A program made the position numbers and the translations under genes. From Deltaproteobacteria bacterium (GTDB taxonomy: Bacteria > Myxococcota_A > UBA9160 > UBA6930): a stretch of DNA of 59,704 bases. The notes under the pieces are model-generated. The model ran no database searches. It was given only the letters and a program-made list of their open reading frames with translations, and was not told the DNA's origin. The stretch covers positions 1 through 59,704 of the forward strand of contig JAJDAR010000038.1 in the NCBI GenBank assembly GCA_029261775.1, in the 5' to 3' direction. Of the stretch, positions 8,980-18,328 are shown in pieces. The stretch's first letter is position 1. Every line of letters begins with the position of its first letter.

Positions 8980-9459
8980 ATGAATCGAAGAATCCTGTTC
9001 ACTGCCCTCGCAGCATCCGCCCTCGTCGCGGCGACGGCCCTGGCCGGCCCGCTGGCCTGCGGTCATCACCGGGCTCGCCACGGGATGTTCCACGGCGAGG
9101 GAGAGATCGACGCCGATCGCATCCGCCACGCCGCCGACTGGATGCTGCGCAGCGTCGATCCGAGCGACGAGCAGGTCGACCGCGTTGCGGCAATCGCCGA
9201 ATCGGCGCTGCGGGATCTCCGGGCCCTGCACGGCGAGGCCGAGCGACCCCACGAGGCCATGATCGCCGCGCTGTCGGCGGAGCGCGTCGATCGCGCCGCT
9301 CTCGAGCAGACGCGGGTCGCGGCTCTCGCCCGGCTCGACGAGATGAGCCGCCGCGCGACCGCGGCCATCGCCGAAGCCGCCGAAGTGCTGACCCCCGAAC
9401 AGCGCGCGACCCTGATCGAGGAGCATGCGGAGCATCGCGGCCACGGACGCTGGCACTGA
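8980..9459 (+). CDS. Periplasmic Spy/CpxP-family protein (LTxxQ motif)
   Basis: Signal peptide (ILFTALAASALVAATALA), a helical Glu/Arg-rich body and the LTPEQR motif. It sits directly upstream of a response-regulator/histidine-kinase pair. Confidence 0.75.
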   Translation: MNRRILFTALAASALVAATALAGPLACGHHRARHGMFHGEGEIDADRIRHAADWMLRSVDPSDEQVDRVAAIAESALRDLRALHGEAERPHEAMIAALSAERVDRAALEQTRVAALARLDEMSRRATAAIAEAAEVLTPEQRATLIEEHAEHRGHGRWH

Positions 9460-9474
9460 GGCCGGTTTCCACCC

Positions 9475-9508
9475 GGGGCTCGTGCCGGAGAGGGGGCTTG
9501 TGCCGGAG
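9475..9508. repeat. 2 x 17-bp tandem duplication (GGGGCTYGTGCCGGAGA)
   Basis: Read directly at 9475-9491 and 9492-9508. It lies 16 nt after the TGA of the Spy/CpxP-like gene. Confidence 0.85.
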
Positions 9509-9532
9509 AGCCTCCAGGCGCACGGTTCCCGG

Positions 9533-10255
9533 GTGGCTTCGCCCGTCCTGCTGATCGACGACGACACCGAGCTCGCCGCGATGCTCGAGGAGTACCTGCG
9601 CGCAGCGGGGCTCGAGGTCACGACCCGACACGACCTGGCGGCCGGGCTCGCCGAGCTGCGGAGGGACCCGGGTGCTCACGAGCTGCTGCTGCTGGACGTC
9701 ATGCTGCCCGATGGCGACGGGCTCGAGTTCTGCCGCCGGATCCGTTCCGGGGCGGCGGGCGACGGCGTCCGCACGCTGCCGATCGTGATGCTGACGGCTC
9801 GCGGCGACGAGACCGACCGCATCCTCGGACTCGAGCTGGGCGCGGACGACTACCTCCCCAAGCCCTTCAATCCGCGAGAGCTCCTGGCCCGCATCCGGGC
9901 GGTGCTGCGTCGCGGGCCCCACGAGGGTGGGTCGGAGCGACTCCGCTTCGGCCGGCTCGAGATCGACCTCGGCGAACGTCGGGTACGCATCGACGGTCGG
10001 TCGTGCGAGCTCACGGCGCATCAGTTCGAGCTGCTGCGGCTGCTCGCCGAGCGGCCGGGCCGGGTTCTCAGCCGCGACGCGCTCATGCAGCGCTTGCGTG
10101 GCCACGAGGCGATGGCCTTCGATCGGAGCATCGACGTCCATGTATCGCGCATCCGGGCCGCGATCGAGGACGATCCCCGCAAGCCGCGTCGCATCCTGAC
10201 CGTGCGCGGCGCGGGCTACGTCTTCGCCGCCCGCCAGGACGAGCCCGAGCCTTGA
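9533..10255 (+). CDS. OmpR/PhoB-family response regulator
   Basis: Receiver acidic pocket (LLIDDD; LLLLDVMLPDGDG) and a winged-helix C-terminus (LTVRGAGYVF). I chose the GTG start at 9533; the longest ORF start (9425) overlaps the upstream gene. Confidence 0.85.
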   Translation: MASPVLLIDDDTELAAMLEEYLRAAGLEVTTRHDLAAGLAELRRDPGAHELLLLDVMLPDGDGLEFCRRIRSGAAGDGVRTLPIVMLTARGDETDRILGLELGADDYLPKPFNPRELLARIRAVLRRGPHEGGSERLRFGRLEIDLGERRVRIDGRSCELTAHQFELLRLLAERPGRVLSRDALMQRLRGHEAMAFDRSIDVHVSRIRAAIEDDPRKPRRILTVRGAGYVFAARQDEPEP

Positions 10256-11529
10256 ATCGCCTCTCGCTTCGCATCTATGCCGCGTTCGTGACGGTGCTGG
10301 TCCTGTTCTTCGTCATGAGCGCGGTCTGGCTGCGGCTCTTCCACGAGGAGTCGCGGGGGCACGATCGCGACCCGGTCGCTGCGGCGGGTCGGATCGCCAC
10401 CCTCGTGCTTCCGCCGAAGGAAGCCCCGGAGGAGGTGCTGCAGGCTGCCGTCGCGGAGATCGCCGAAGCAGCGGAGACCGGCCTGGCCGTGTTCTCGGCC
10501 GACGGCCGACGGCTGGCCGAAGCCGGCACCTTCGTGCCGCTCCCCGACTGGGAGCGCGGCACCAATCATTGGATCGGCGGTCGCGAGACCGCCGCCGCGG
10601 CGATCCACCTGCCCGACGGCCGCTGGCTGGTGGCCGGCGTCCATCGAGGCCCGGGGCGCCCGGGCCATGCGCTGGCCGCCCTCGGACTGTTCGCCTTCGC
10701 GCTGGCCGTCGGCGCATACCCGGTCGCGCGAGGCATCACCCGCCGTCTCGAGAGACTGTCCGAGAGCGTCGAAGCCTTCGGCGCGGGCGACCTGGCGGCT
10801 CGTGCGCCGGTCGAGGGCGGGGACGAGGTCGCCCGCCTTGCGGACCGCTTCAACCAGACCGCGGCGCGGGTCGAGAACCTCGTCGGCGGACAGCGCACCC
10901 TGCTCGCCAGCGCCAGCCACGAGCTTCGCTCACCTCTCGCGCGTCTGCGCATGGCGGCGGAGCTGCTGAGCGGCGAAGAAGCGCTGCCGCCCGAGCGCGC
11001 GCACGAGCTCCGCGCCCAGCTGACCCGCGACGTCGCCGAGCTCGACGCAGGGGTCGAGGAGCTGCTCGTCGTGAGCCGCCTCGATCTGCTCGACGAGAGC
11101 GAGGGGCACGAGAGCGTCGATCTGCTGGCACTGGCGGCCGAGGAGGCCGCGCGCGCCGACTTCGAGGTCGAGGTGCGCGGCGAGGCGTCCACGTTGCAAG
11201 GTGACGCGCGAAGCCTTCGACATCTGCTGCGCAACCTGATCGCCAACGCGGGTCGTCACGCAGGCGGGGCGTCGGTCGAAGTGACCGTGACCCGAAGGGT
11301 CGACGCGGACGGGGTGCGGCTGGAGGTGGCCGACCGCGGCCCCGGGCTCCCGGACGAGGATCGCGAACGGCTGTTCGCCCCCTTCGCGCGCGGAGCGCGG
11401 GCCAAGGGGGGGCTGGGGCTGGGCCTCGCGATCGTCCGGCAGGTCGCCCATCACCACGGCGGCGAGGCCCGGGCCCTCGGCCGCGAGGGCGGCGGCACGC
11501 GGATCCAGGTCGATCTGTCGGGTCGCTGA
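10252..11529 (+). CDS. Two-component sensor histidine kinase (HAMP-HisKA-HATPase)
   Basis: The TTG start overlaps the response-regulator stop (TTGA). Two TM segments, an H-box (SHELRSPLARL), an N-box (NLIANAGRHA) and G-boxes (DRGPGLP, GLGLGLAIV). Confidence 0.85.
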   Translation: MNRLSLRIYAAFVTVLVLFFVMSAVWLRLFHEESRGHDRDPVAAAGRIATLVLPPKEAPEEVLQAAVAEIAEAAETGLAVFSADGRRLAEAGTFVPLPDWERGTNHWIGGRETAAAAIHLPDGRWLVAGVHRGPGRPGHALAALGLFAFALAVGAYPVARGITRRLERLSESVEAFGAGDLAARAPVEGGDEVARLADRFNQTAARVENLVGGQRTLLASASHELRSPLARLRMAAELLSGEEALPPERAHELRAQLTRDVAELDAGVEELLVVSRLDLLDESEGHESVDLLALAAEEAARADFEVEVRGEASTLQGDARSLRHLLRNLIANAGRHAGGASVEVTVTRRVDADGVRLEVADRGPGLPDEDRERLFAPFARGARAKGGLGLGLAIVRQVAHHHGGEARALGREGGGTRIQVDLSGR

Positions 11530-11547
11530 GCCGCGCCGGCCGACCGG

Positions 11548-12822
11548 TCATGCCTGTTCGCCGGGTCCTTCCGCGGGGAGGCCGCCGAAACGCGGCGCCA
11601 GCCACGCCAGGGCGATCGCGAACAGCACCACCAGGAGTCCGCCGCCCGCAATGGTGCGGGGGGTTCCAAACGCAGCCGCGGCATAGCCCATGCCGAGTCC
11701 GCCGAAGGGTACGATTCCGCCCCATGCGACCGGGAAGAGGCTCATCACCCTTCCGCGTTGCTGCTCGCCGACGATCTCCTGGATCAGTCGCTGCAGATCC
11801 GTCATGACGGCGAAGTAGAAGTATCCGACCAGCACCTGCAGTCCCAACGCGATGGCGGGTGTTTCGGAAAGGGCGAAGCCCACCAGCAGCGAGCCGAAGG
11901 CGATCGACTGCATGGCCGCCCTGCGCAGCGTGGGCGTGGCCAGTTGGTAGCCGCTGGTCAGGGCGCCGGCCATCGCGCCGATCCCCGTCGCGACGACGAT
12001 CCAGGCGAACCAGTTGGCATCGCCCAGGATCTCCAGGGCGAAGATCGGCGTCAGCGCGACGTGCGATACCCCGAACAGGCTGACCCAAGCCACGGTGAGC
12101 AAGGCCGGCAGGGCGGGGCGGCGTTCGCGCGCGTGTTGAAGGCCCGCACGCAGCCTGGCGAAGATGCCGCCCTCCTCGGCGTCGGGCTCGAAGGGCCGGG
12201 GGCGCATGCGGGCCGTGAGGCCCGCCGCGATCAACGCCGCGACCGCGAAGACGACGAAGGCGATCTCGTAGCGCCCGGTGGCGAGCAGGGGCGCGGCGAA
12301 GGCCGGCCCGAGGACCCGGGTCAGGTTGTTGGCGGTGGACTGCAGCGAGACCGCGCTCGACAGGTCGCCTTCCGGCACGGCATTCGCGGCCAGGGCCATG
12401 TTCGCCGGGCCTGCGAACGCAAAGCAGACGCCGAGCCCGAAGCCGAAGGCCTGGAGCAGGAGCGGGGTGGCCTCGCCCGCGACCACGACCCCGGCCAGTC
12501 CGCCCGTCACGACGGCGACCCCGAGGTGGCAGCCCAGCACGATGCGTTTGCGGTCGAAGCGATCGGCTGCCACGCCGGCCAGGGGCGCCAGCACGAAGGC
12601 CGGAATGAACATCGCGAAGAAGAGCCGACCCTGCTGGGTCGCGTCGCTGTCCGAGAGGAAGGCCATCAGGCCCTGGAGCGAGACGTGTGAGATCCAGAAG
12701 CCGGTCTGATTGACCAGGAACGCGGCGAAGAGCAGCCGGAACGGTGGGTGGAGGAGGGCCCGGAACGCCCGGGCCCGGGGTGTCTCGAGCAGTCGGGGGG
12801 CGCGCGCCGCGGGGACGCCCAT
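11548..12822 (-). CDS. MFS transporter
   Basis: About 12 hydrophobic helices. The family-typical N-terminus 'FRALLHPPFRLLFAAFLVNQTGFW' follows the internal ATG. The ORF upstream of that ATG is Arg/Pro-rich and looks non-coding. Confidence 0.8.
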   Translation of the reverse strand: MGVPAARAPRLLETPRARAFRALLHPPFRLLFAAFLVNQTGFWISHVSLQGLMAFLSDSDATQQGRLFFAMFIPAFVLAPLAGVAADRFDRKRIVLGCHLGVAVVTGGLAGVVVAGEATPLLLQAFGFGLGVCFAFAGPANMALAANAVPEGDLSSAVSLQSTANNLTRVLGPAFAAPLLATGRYEIAFVVFAVAALIAAGLTARMRPRPFEPDAEEGGIFARLRAGLQHARERRPALPALLTVAWVSLFGVSHVALTPIFALEILGDANWFAWIVVATGIGAMAGALTSGYQLATPTLRRAAMQSIAFGSLLVGFALSETPAIALGLQVLVGYFYFAVMTDLQRLIQEIVGEQQRGRVMSLFPVAWGGIVPFGGLGMGYAAAAFGTPRTIAGGGLLVVLFAIALAWLAPRFGGLPAEGPGEQA

Positions 12823-13625
12823 CGCCACGGAGTCGGCGGGGTTCAGCGCCGCATCGCCGGGATTGGCCCCCAGGCTCTCCTCGACGTGGGACTTGACCAC
12901 CGTCCGTGCCTCGGGAGCGACCCTGCGAGGCCGGCGGCCTGGTGCCGAAGACCGTGGGGCCGGGCGGGGCCGGCCGGGCCGGGCGACCCGCGCTGCGAGC
13001 GTCGGGCCCCCTGGGAAACGGCAGCCTAGCCGCCCCCAAGAAGTTCGTCCGCCCCCTCCCTCGGGGGTCGCTTTCTTTTTCGATCTGGGTGATGATGCTC
13101 CCATCGCCAACCCCGCGGGCGGACGCTGTCCCCGGGGGCGGCTGATCTTCCAAGATCAGCCGATGGAGATGGGGGAAAAGAGAGGATGGACATCGGGTGA
13201 GACCAGGGCCACGGAACTCCCAGAGATGCGCGGGCGGCAGATGGACCGCCCAAGCTTCCGTGCTGCGAGCGTTTTTCGGCGCCCGTGAACCACGGGAGCC
13301 CCTCCAGCATCCAATGGACATTCCGGGCTCTCGGGTCCCCGGACCCGTGGAGGGCAACCCACTGCACCTGTGCAGGAAGTTGCCCGTAGAACGGCTCGAG
13401 CGCCCCTCCGCGAGCCGCCTCCAGCGTCGAGAGTACCGAGTTTCGAGCACAGGCAAGAAAGTCGAAAGGTTGCGCCGGTCGTTGCCGGTGATCGAGGGAT
13501 TCGCGTCCCGAGGTCCACGTGACGCCCGGTACGGCGGGCGCCCGACCTTTGAGGTCGACGCCGAGCCGGGGGGAGGCCCGCGAGGGTGCTCCCGTCATGC
13601 GCCCCTCAGGAGGGAATGAGGACCC

Positions 13626-15050
13626 ATGAGCCAGAAGCCGAATCAGGCCAAGGAGCTGCGTCGCTCGCGACCCGCACGGCGCTCGCTGCGCCGGGAGGAT
13701 CGGGCGGCCCCGCGGGAAGCCCCGGCGCGCCCCACGCGGGCCGAGCCGCGTGCACCCGCGCGAGACGACCGGACGGACGCGCGGCGCGAGCCGCTCGCCG
13801 CCTACCTGGCCGACATCGCACACATCCCGACGCTGAGTCGCGAAGAGCAGGTCCTTCTCGCGAAGGAGCTCGAAGCGGCGACCCATGCCTTCCGCGAGGG
13901 CCTGTACGGGCTGCCGTGGACGGCGCGGGAGCTGATCAAGATCTGGACGGACACTCGCAGCGGCGGCCGCACGACCAGCCGGCTGTCCGAGTCGTTCGGA
14001 GACCGCGCCGCCGAAGCCGGCGAGCGGCTCGACGCCGCCATGGTGAAGCTCGAGCGCCTGCTCGGCCGCCGCGAGAAGCTCGTGGCGGACAAGGATGCGG
14101 CCGGACTCGCCCGCTCGGACAAGCGCGCGGCCAAGCTGCTGCACGAGGCCGATCTGTCGATCGAGCTGCTGCGCCGCGTGCTCGGAGGCTTCGAGAAGCT
14201 GCGCCGCCGGCACCGCGGGCAGATCGCCAAGCTCGCCGCCGCCGTCGAGCTCGAGCCGGCCGAGTACAAGCGGCGTGTGGCCGCACTGGACGACGCCTTC
14301 GATCGCATGAGTGATGCGAAGAACCGCTTCGTCCAGCACAATCTGAAGCTGGTCGTGGTGGTCGCGAAGGACTTCCGCAACCTGGGGCTGTCCTTCCCGG
14401 ACCTGATCCAGGAAGGAAACACCGGCCTGATCCGAGCCGTCGAGAAGTTCGACTGGCGGCGCGGATTCCGGTTCTCGACCTATGCGGTCTGGTGGATCCG
14501 ACAGGCGCTGATCCGCGCCATCCAGAACCACTCGCGGACGATCCGGATCCCGAGTCATCACTACGACACGCTGCGCTGGTTCGACCAGACGAAGGCGCGG
14601 CTGGCGAAGGAGCTGCAGCGCGATCCGACCCATGCCGAGGTGGCCCAGGAGATGGACATCCCGGTGGATCGCGTGGAAGAGCTCGAAATGATGGCGGCGG
14701 AGCCGGTGAGCCTCGATGCCGAGGTCGCGGGCAAGGACTCGAGCCGACCGCGTCGCCTCGAGCAGCTGGTCGCGGATCCGAACGCGGGCTCGCCGATGGA
14801 CGAGCTGGATCGCACGCGGCTGGAGCACACCGCCCTGTCGGCGGTGGAGCGCCTGCCCGACCGCGAGCGGCAGATCCTCACCTGGCGTTTCGGTCTGGAC
14901 GGCGGTCGGGAGCACACGCTCCAGGAGATCGGCGACAAGCTGGGTTTGTCCCGGGAGCGGGCGCGGCAGCTCGAAGCCCGGGCCCTGGCGCGGTTGCGAG
15001 AGGGGGATTCGGGCGCCGAACTCGGCGCCCTGGCCCTCGCCGCAGACTGA
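13626..15050 (+). CDS. Sigma-70 family RNA polymerase sigma factor (RpoD/SigA-like, with Arg-rich N-terminal extension)
   Basis: Region 1.2 ([16 protein letters not shown]), region 2 ([36 protein letters not shown]) and region 4 ([12 protein letters not shown]...[24 protein letters not shown]). Confidence 0.9.
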   Translation: MSQKPNQAKELRRSRPARRSLRREDRAAPREAPARPTRAEPRAPARDDRTDARREPLAAYLADIAHIPTLSREEQVLLAKELEAATHAFREGLYGLPWTARELIKIWTDTRSGGRTTSRLSESFGDRAAEAGERLDAAMVKLERLLGRREKLVADKDAAGLARSDKRAAKLLHEADLSIELLRRVLGGFEKLRRRHRGQIAKLAAAVELEPAEYKRRVAALDDAFDRMSDAKNRFVQHNLKLVVVVAKDFRNLGLSFPDLIQEGNTGLIRAVEKFDWRRGFRFSTYAVWWIRQALIRAIQNHSRTIRIPSHHYDTLRWFDQTKARLAKELQRDPTHAEVAQEMDIPVDRVEELEMMAAEPVSLDAEVAGKDSSRPRRLEQLVADPNAGSPMDELDRTRLEHTALSAVERLPDRERQILTWRFGLDGGREHTLQEIGDKLGLSRERARQLEARALARLREGDSGAELGALALAAD

Positions 15051-15074
15051 TCCCACCCAAAAACGCAAGAACCC

Positions 15075-15109
15075 GAAAGGGCCGGCACTCCCCGAGCGCC
15101 GGCCCTTTC
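15075..15109 (+). terminator. Stem-loop terminator candidate downstream of the sigma-70 gene
   Basis: Perfect 12-bp stem GAAAGGGCCGGC / GCCGGCCCTTTC with an 11-nt loop, 25 nt after the stop. There is no strong T-run, which is common in high-GC genomes. Confidence 0.6.
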
Positions 15110-15121
15110 CACATCCCCACG

Positions 15122-15187
15122 ATGTTGACAAAGGGGTCGGGCCTCTCAGTCAACATGTTGACAAAGGGGTCGGGCCTCTCAGTCAAC
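15122..15187. repeat. Two identical tandem copies of a 33-nt palindromic (REP-like) element ATGTTGACAAAGGGGTCGGGCCTCTCAGTCAAC
   Basis: Copies read directly at 15122-15154 and 15155-15187. Each can fold as TGTTGAC..GTCAACA with an inner AGGGG/CCTCT helix. The array lies between convergent genes. Confidence 0.9.
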
Positions 15188-15285
15188 ACTCTCCACATCA
15201 GCCGCCCGCCAACGAACCCGGTCCATCTCGCGCCGTCCAACAACTCGAGAACGTGGCCCGGCCCTTGCCTTGCGTTGTTGGGGGG

Positions 15286-16341
15286 TCAGCGGAGCTCGGG
15301 GGCGGCGCGTCCGCTGATGAGCGGGAGGTCGAGGTAGGTGCGGATGCCCGGCTCGGCGCGGCAGACGTAGGGGATCGCGCTCACGCCGTGCATCGCGGTG
15401 GCGATGATCCCGTTGTTGGGGTCGATCTGCTGCAGGTTCGGGGGATGCATGCCGTGGAAGACGGTCCGCAAGGTCGGCGTGCCCTCGATCTCGATCTCGA
15501 AGCGCTCGCCCTCCGCGCCGAAGGTCCACGCAGGGTCGAGATTCTCCTCCCCCATGAACCAGTTGGTCCGGACGGTGATCACCGGTTGCTCGCGAACGGT
15601 GCCGATCCACGCGAAACGCTGCGCGGCGACGGTGCCCGTCTCGATCACACCGACCGGGGTGTCGATCGGCTGGGTCGCGACCGAGATCTCGTGCTCGGTT
15701 CGGGTCTCCTCGTCGAGATCCATCTCGAGGGCGTGGGCGACCATGCGGATCGACTGCTTGAAGCCATGGCTCAGGATCCCGAGCATCCGGCTCTTGGCGG
15801 CCTCCTCGGGCGGCTTGCCGAAGAGCATCATCTCACGCACCACGAACTCGGTCTGGTAGGTGCGGAGATCCGAGAACTCCTCTGCGCGGACGTGCCGGAT
15901 GTCGCGGCTCATGGCGGAGATCATCAGCGGGAAGCGCTCGGTGATGCCGCCTGGGTGGATGCCCGTCCCATGCAAGGTCGTGCCGCCCTCCTGGCACGCC
16001 GCCTCGAGCTCGGCCGTGCCTTCCGAGACCGCAGGGAAGAACCAGTCGAGGGGCGTCACGACGTTCTTGCCCGAGGCGAGCAGCCGGACGACCTCGTCCG
16101 GACGAGCCATCACCGGGCTGTACATCACGCAGTCCGCGTCCATCGCCATCAGCGCATCTACGTCGTTCGTGGCCTCCACACCGATCGCCTCGAGCCCGCA
16201 GAGCTCACCGACGTCCATGCCGACCTTGCTGCGGCTGTGCACCCAGCACCCCACCAGCTCGAGATCGGGGTGGGCCAGGATGCCCTCGATGCCCTGCCGA
16301 CCGACGTTGCCGGTTGCCCATTGAATCACGCGATACGTCAC
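15286..16341 (-). CDS. NAD(P)H-dependent amine dehydrogenase family protein (DapB-like N-terminal domain)
   Basis: The N-terminus 'RVIQWATGNVGRQGIEGILAHPDLELVGCWVHS' is typical of the DapB-like/2,4-diaminopentanoate dehydrogenase family; 351 aa. Confidence 0.8.
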   Translation of the reverse strand: MTYRVIQWATGNVGRQGIEGILAHPDLELVGCWVHSRSKVGMDVGELCGLEAIGVEATNDVDALMAMDADCVMYSPVMARPDEVVRLLASGKNVVTPLDWFFPAVSEGTAELEAACQEGGTTLHGTGIHPGGITERFPLMISAMSRDIRHVRAEEFSDLRTYQTEFVVREMMLFGKPPEEAAKSRMLGILSHGFKQSIRMVAHALEMDLDEETRTEHEISVATQPIDTPVGVIETGTVAAQRFAWIGTVREQPVITVRTNWFMGEENLDPAWTFGAEGERFEIEIEGTPTLRTVFHGMHPPNLQQIDPNNGIIATAMHGVSAIPYVCRAEPGIRTYLDLPLISGRAAPELR

Positions 16342-16372
16342 GGGTGCCTCCTCGAAGACCGCTCAGGGTAGA

Positions 16373-16395
16373 CCACCTGCCGGGTCGGCAGGTGG
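16373..16395. promoter_or_regulatory. Perfect palindrome CCACCTGCC-GGGTC-GGCAGGTGG in a divergent promoter region
   Basis: 9-bp arms with a 5-nt spacer, read directly. It lies between divergent starts at 16341 (-) and 16435 (+). Confidence 0.3.
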
Positions 16396-16434
16396 CGGTG
16401 CGCGGGGTTCCGGCCGGCTGCCTATCCTCAGCGC

Positions 16435-18288
16435 ATGAGGCCCGCCGACGTTGCCGAGCTCCTGCTGGTGCGGGCCGTGGAAGAGGAGCACCCGGAGGCG
16501 ATCGAGCCGGCCCTGCTCGTGGATGCCCTCGAGGCCGCGGGCTCGCCGGACGACTCGGGGGCCTGGCTCGCGAGGCGGGCACGCTTCCTGTGCGATACCG
16601 CCCTGGTCCGCTTCCGCCCCCTGCTGGCGATGCCCCGCGCAGGCTGGTCCGGTCTGGGCGTGCTGACCGCCGGGGCGTTCCTGTTCGGCATCGCGTCGCA
16701 CTCGCTGGGGCCGGTCGAGCAGATCCACGTCGTTGCGAATCCGATCGCGATCCTGATCGGCTGGAACCTGATCGCCTATGGGTTTCTGGCCGCGGGGGCC
16801 TTGCTCCGGCTGGTGAATCCCGCCGGCGAGGTCGCGGCGACTGTGCTGCCGCCCTCGAGGTCCGACAGCGCGGCCGCGCCGCGCAACCGGCCCGCGCCGC
16901 CTTCGTGGCGGGTACGCATCCTCGGCCGAGCCGTCCCGTGGTTGTGGCTGCGTTGGCAGAAGGGCCGCTTCGAGGCGGAAGAGCAGGGCCGGGTGCTGCA
17001 GCGGGTGGCGCGCGCTTTCTGGCGGCACTGGACCCGTCGCGCGATGCCGGTGTTCGAGTGGAGCACGCGCCGCGCGCTGCATCTCGCGGCACTGTCCATG
17101 GGCGCCGGTGCCGTCGCCGGCACCTTTCTTCGCGGGCTGTTCTTCGACTACCACCTCGTCTGGCGCAGCACCTTCGTTCGCGAGCCGGAGACCGCTGCCC
17201 ACCTGCTCGATCTGCTGCTCGGCCCCGCCGCACGGCTGCTCGGCCGGGCCCCCCCGACGGCCGCCGATCTCGAGTCGATGATGTCCGCCGGTGGGGTCGA
17301 AGCGGGCCCCTGGATGATTCTCTACGCGCTGGCCGCGGCGCTGTGGATCGGCATCCCGCGCGCGGCCCTGGCCCTCCGGGCGTCGCGGCGGCTGCGCCGG
17401 CTGGGCCCCGAGGTCGACCTGGGGACCGGAGATCCGTACACCCGCTCGCTGCTCGAGCAGGCCCGCTCCCATCAGCTCGTCCGCATCACCGACCGGATCC
17501 AGGAGGACGTCGAGAGCCAGAGCATGCGCTTCGCCGAGCGCGTCGGGGCCCATGTCGCCGAAGCCGTGTACGACCGCAGCATCGTGCCCCGGCTGGAGCG
17601 GTTCCGGCAGGAAGGCGGCAGCCTCGAAGCGCTCGAGCAGGACGTCGGCGAGCTGGCGCGCAGCTCGCAGGAGGACATCGAGCGCTTCCTGGACGAGGCG
17701 CGCCGCGACTTCGAGGAGCAGCTCGCCGACGCGGTTCGCGTGCGGCTCGACCTGGCCGCACCCGTCCACGCCTCCCCTGCCCTGACCAGCGGCGAGGTCG
17801 TGCGCGAGTCCGGAAGCACCGCACAGCAGGTGGGTCAGCAGGTCGGGCTGCGGCTGGCCGACGTGGTGGGCTCGGCCGTGTCGACGGGTGTGGCCCTGGG
17901 GATCGGCGCCCTGAGTGGCGGCTTCGGCAAGGCGCTCGGCACCGCGATCGTCGTGACGCTGCTCCACACGACCGGGCCCGTCGGGTTCGTGATCGGCGCG
18001 GTCGCCGGCCTGGTCGGCGCCGGAGGCGCCTACCTTCTCGGACGCGAGCGGGCGGCGGGCGCGCTGCGCTCGGTCTCCCTGCCGGCCGTGGTGGTCCGCG
18101 GGGTGCTCTCGGCCAAGCGCTTCGACCGTCTGGTGCAGGAGGGGCGCGAGAGCTGCAGGCGCTCCGTGCGGGATCTCGTGCTGGAACGCCTGCGCAGTCT
18201 CGCGCCCGAGCTGGCCCAGCGGATCTGGACCGAGCTCAAGCCCCTCGTCGGCCAGCAACGCCGCCCGGTATCGCGGCCCCAGGCCTGA
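16435..18288 (+). CDS. Membrane protein, DUF2868-like
   Basis: 617 aa. Soluble N-terminus, a cluster of TM helices (GVLTAGAFLFGIASH, ILIGWNLIAYGFLAAGALL), a long helical region and a C-terminal Gly-zipper-like segment. The family assignment is from memory of DUF2868 architecture and is not verified. Confidence 0.55.
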   Translation: MRPADVAELLLVRAVEEEHPEAIEPALLVDALEAAGSPDDSGAWLARRARFLCDTALVRFRPLLAMPRAGWSGLGVLTAGAFLFGIASHSLGPVEQIHVVANPIAILIGWNLIAYGFLAAGALLRLVNPAGEVAATVLPPSRSDSAAAPRNRPAPPSWRVRILGRAVPWLWLRWQKGRFEAEEQGRVLQRVARAFWRHWTRRAMPVFEWSTRRALHLAALSMGAGAVAGTFLRGLFFDYHLVWRSTFVREPETAAHLLDLLLGPAARLLGRAPPTAADLESMMSAGGVEAGPWMILYALAAALWIGIPRAALALRASRRLRRLGPEVDLGTGDPYTRSLLEQARSHQLVRITDRIQEDVESQSMRFAERVGAHVAEAVYDRSIVPRLERFRQEGGSLEALEQDVGELARSSQEDIERFLDEARRDFEEQLADAVRVRLDLAAPVHASPALTSGEVVRESGSTAQQVGQQVGLRLADVVGSAVSTGVALGIGALSGGFGKALGTAIVVTLLHTTGPVGFVIGAVAGLVGAGGAYLLGRERAAGALRSVSLPAVVVRGVLSAKRFDRLVQEGRESCRRSVRDLVLERLRSLAPELAQRIWTELKPLVGQQRRPVSRPQA

Positions 18289-18328
18289 GCCCCGCAGCAG
18301 CGGTCGGCCGGCTCCGCGACCCGGTGTC

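Noticed and set aside
15125-15153. The TTGACA hexamers inside the REP-like elements as functional -35 promoter boxes.
   Set aside because: No acceptable -10 hexamer lies 16-18 bp downstream (AGTCAA). The elements also sit between convergent gene ends, where a promoter would only drive antisense transcription.
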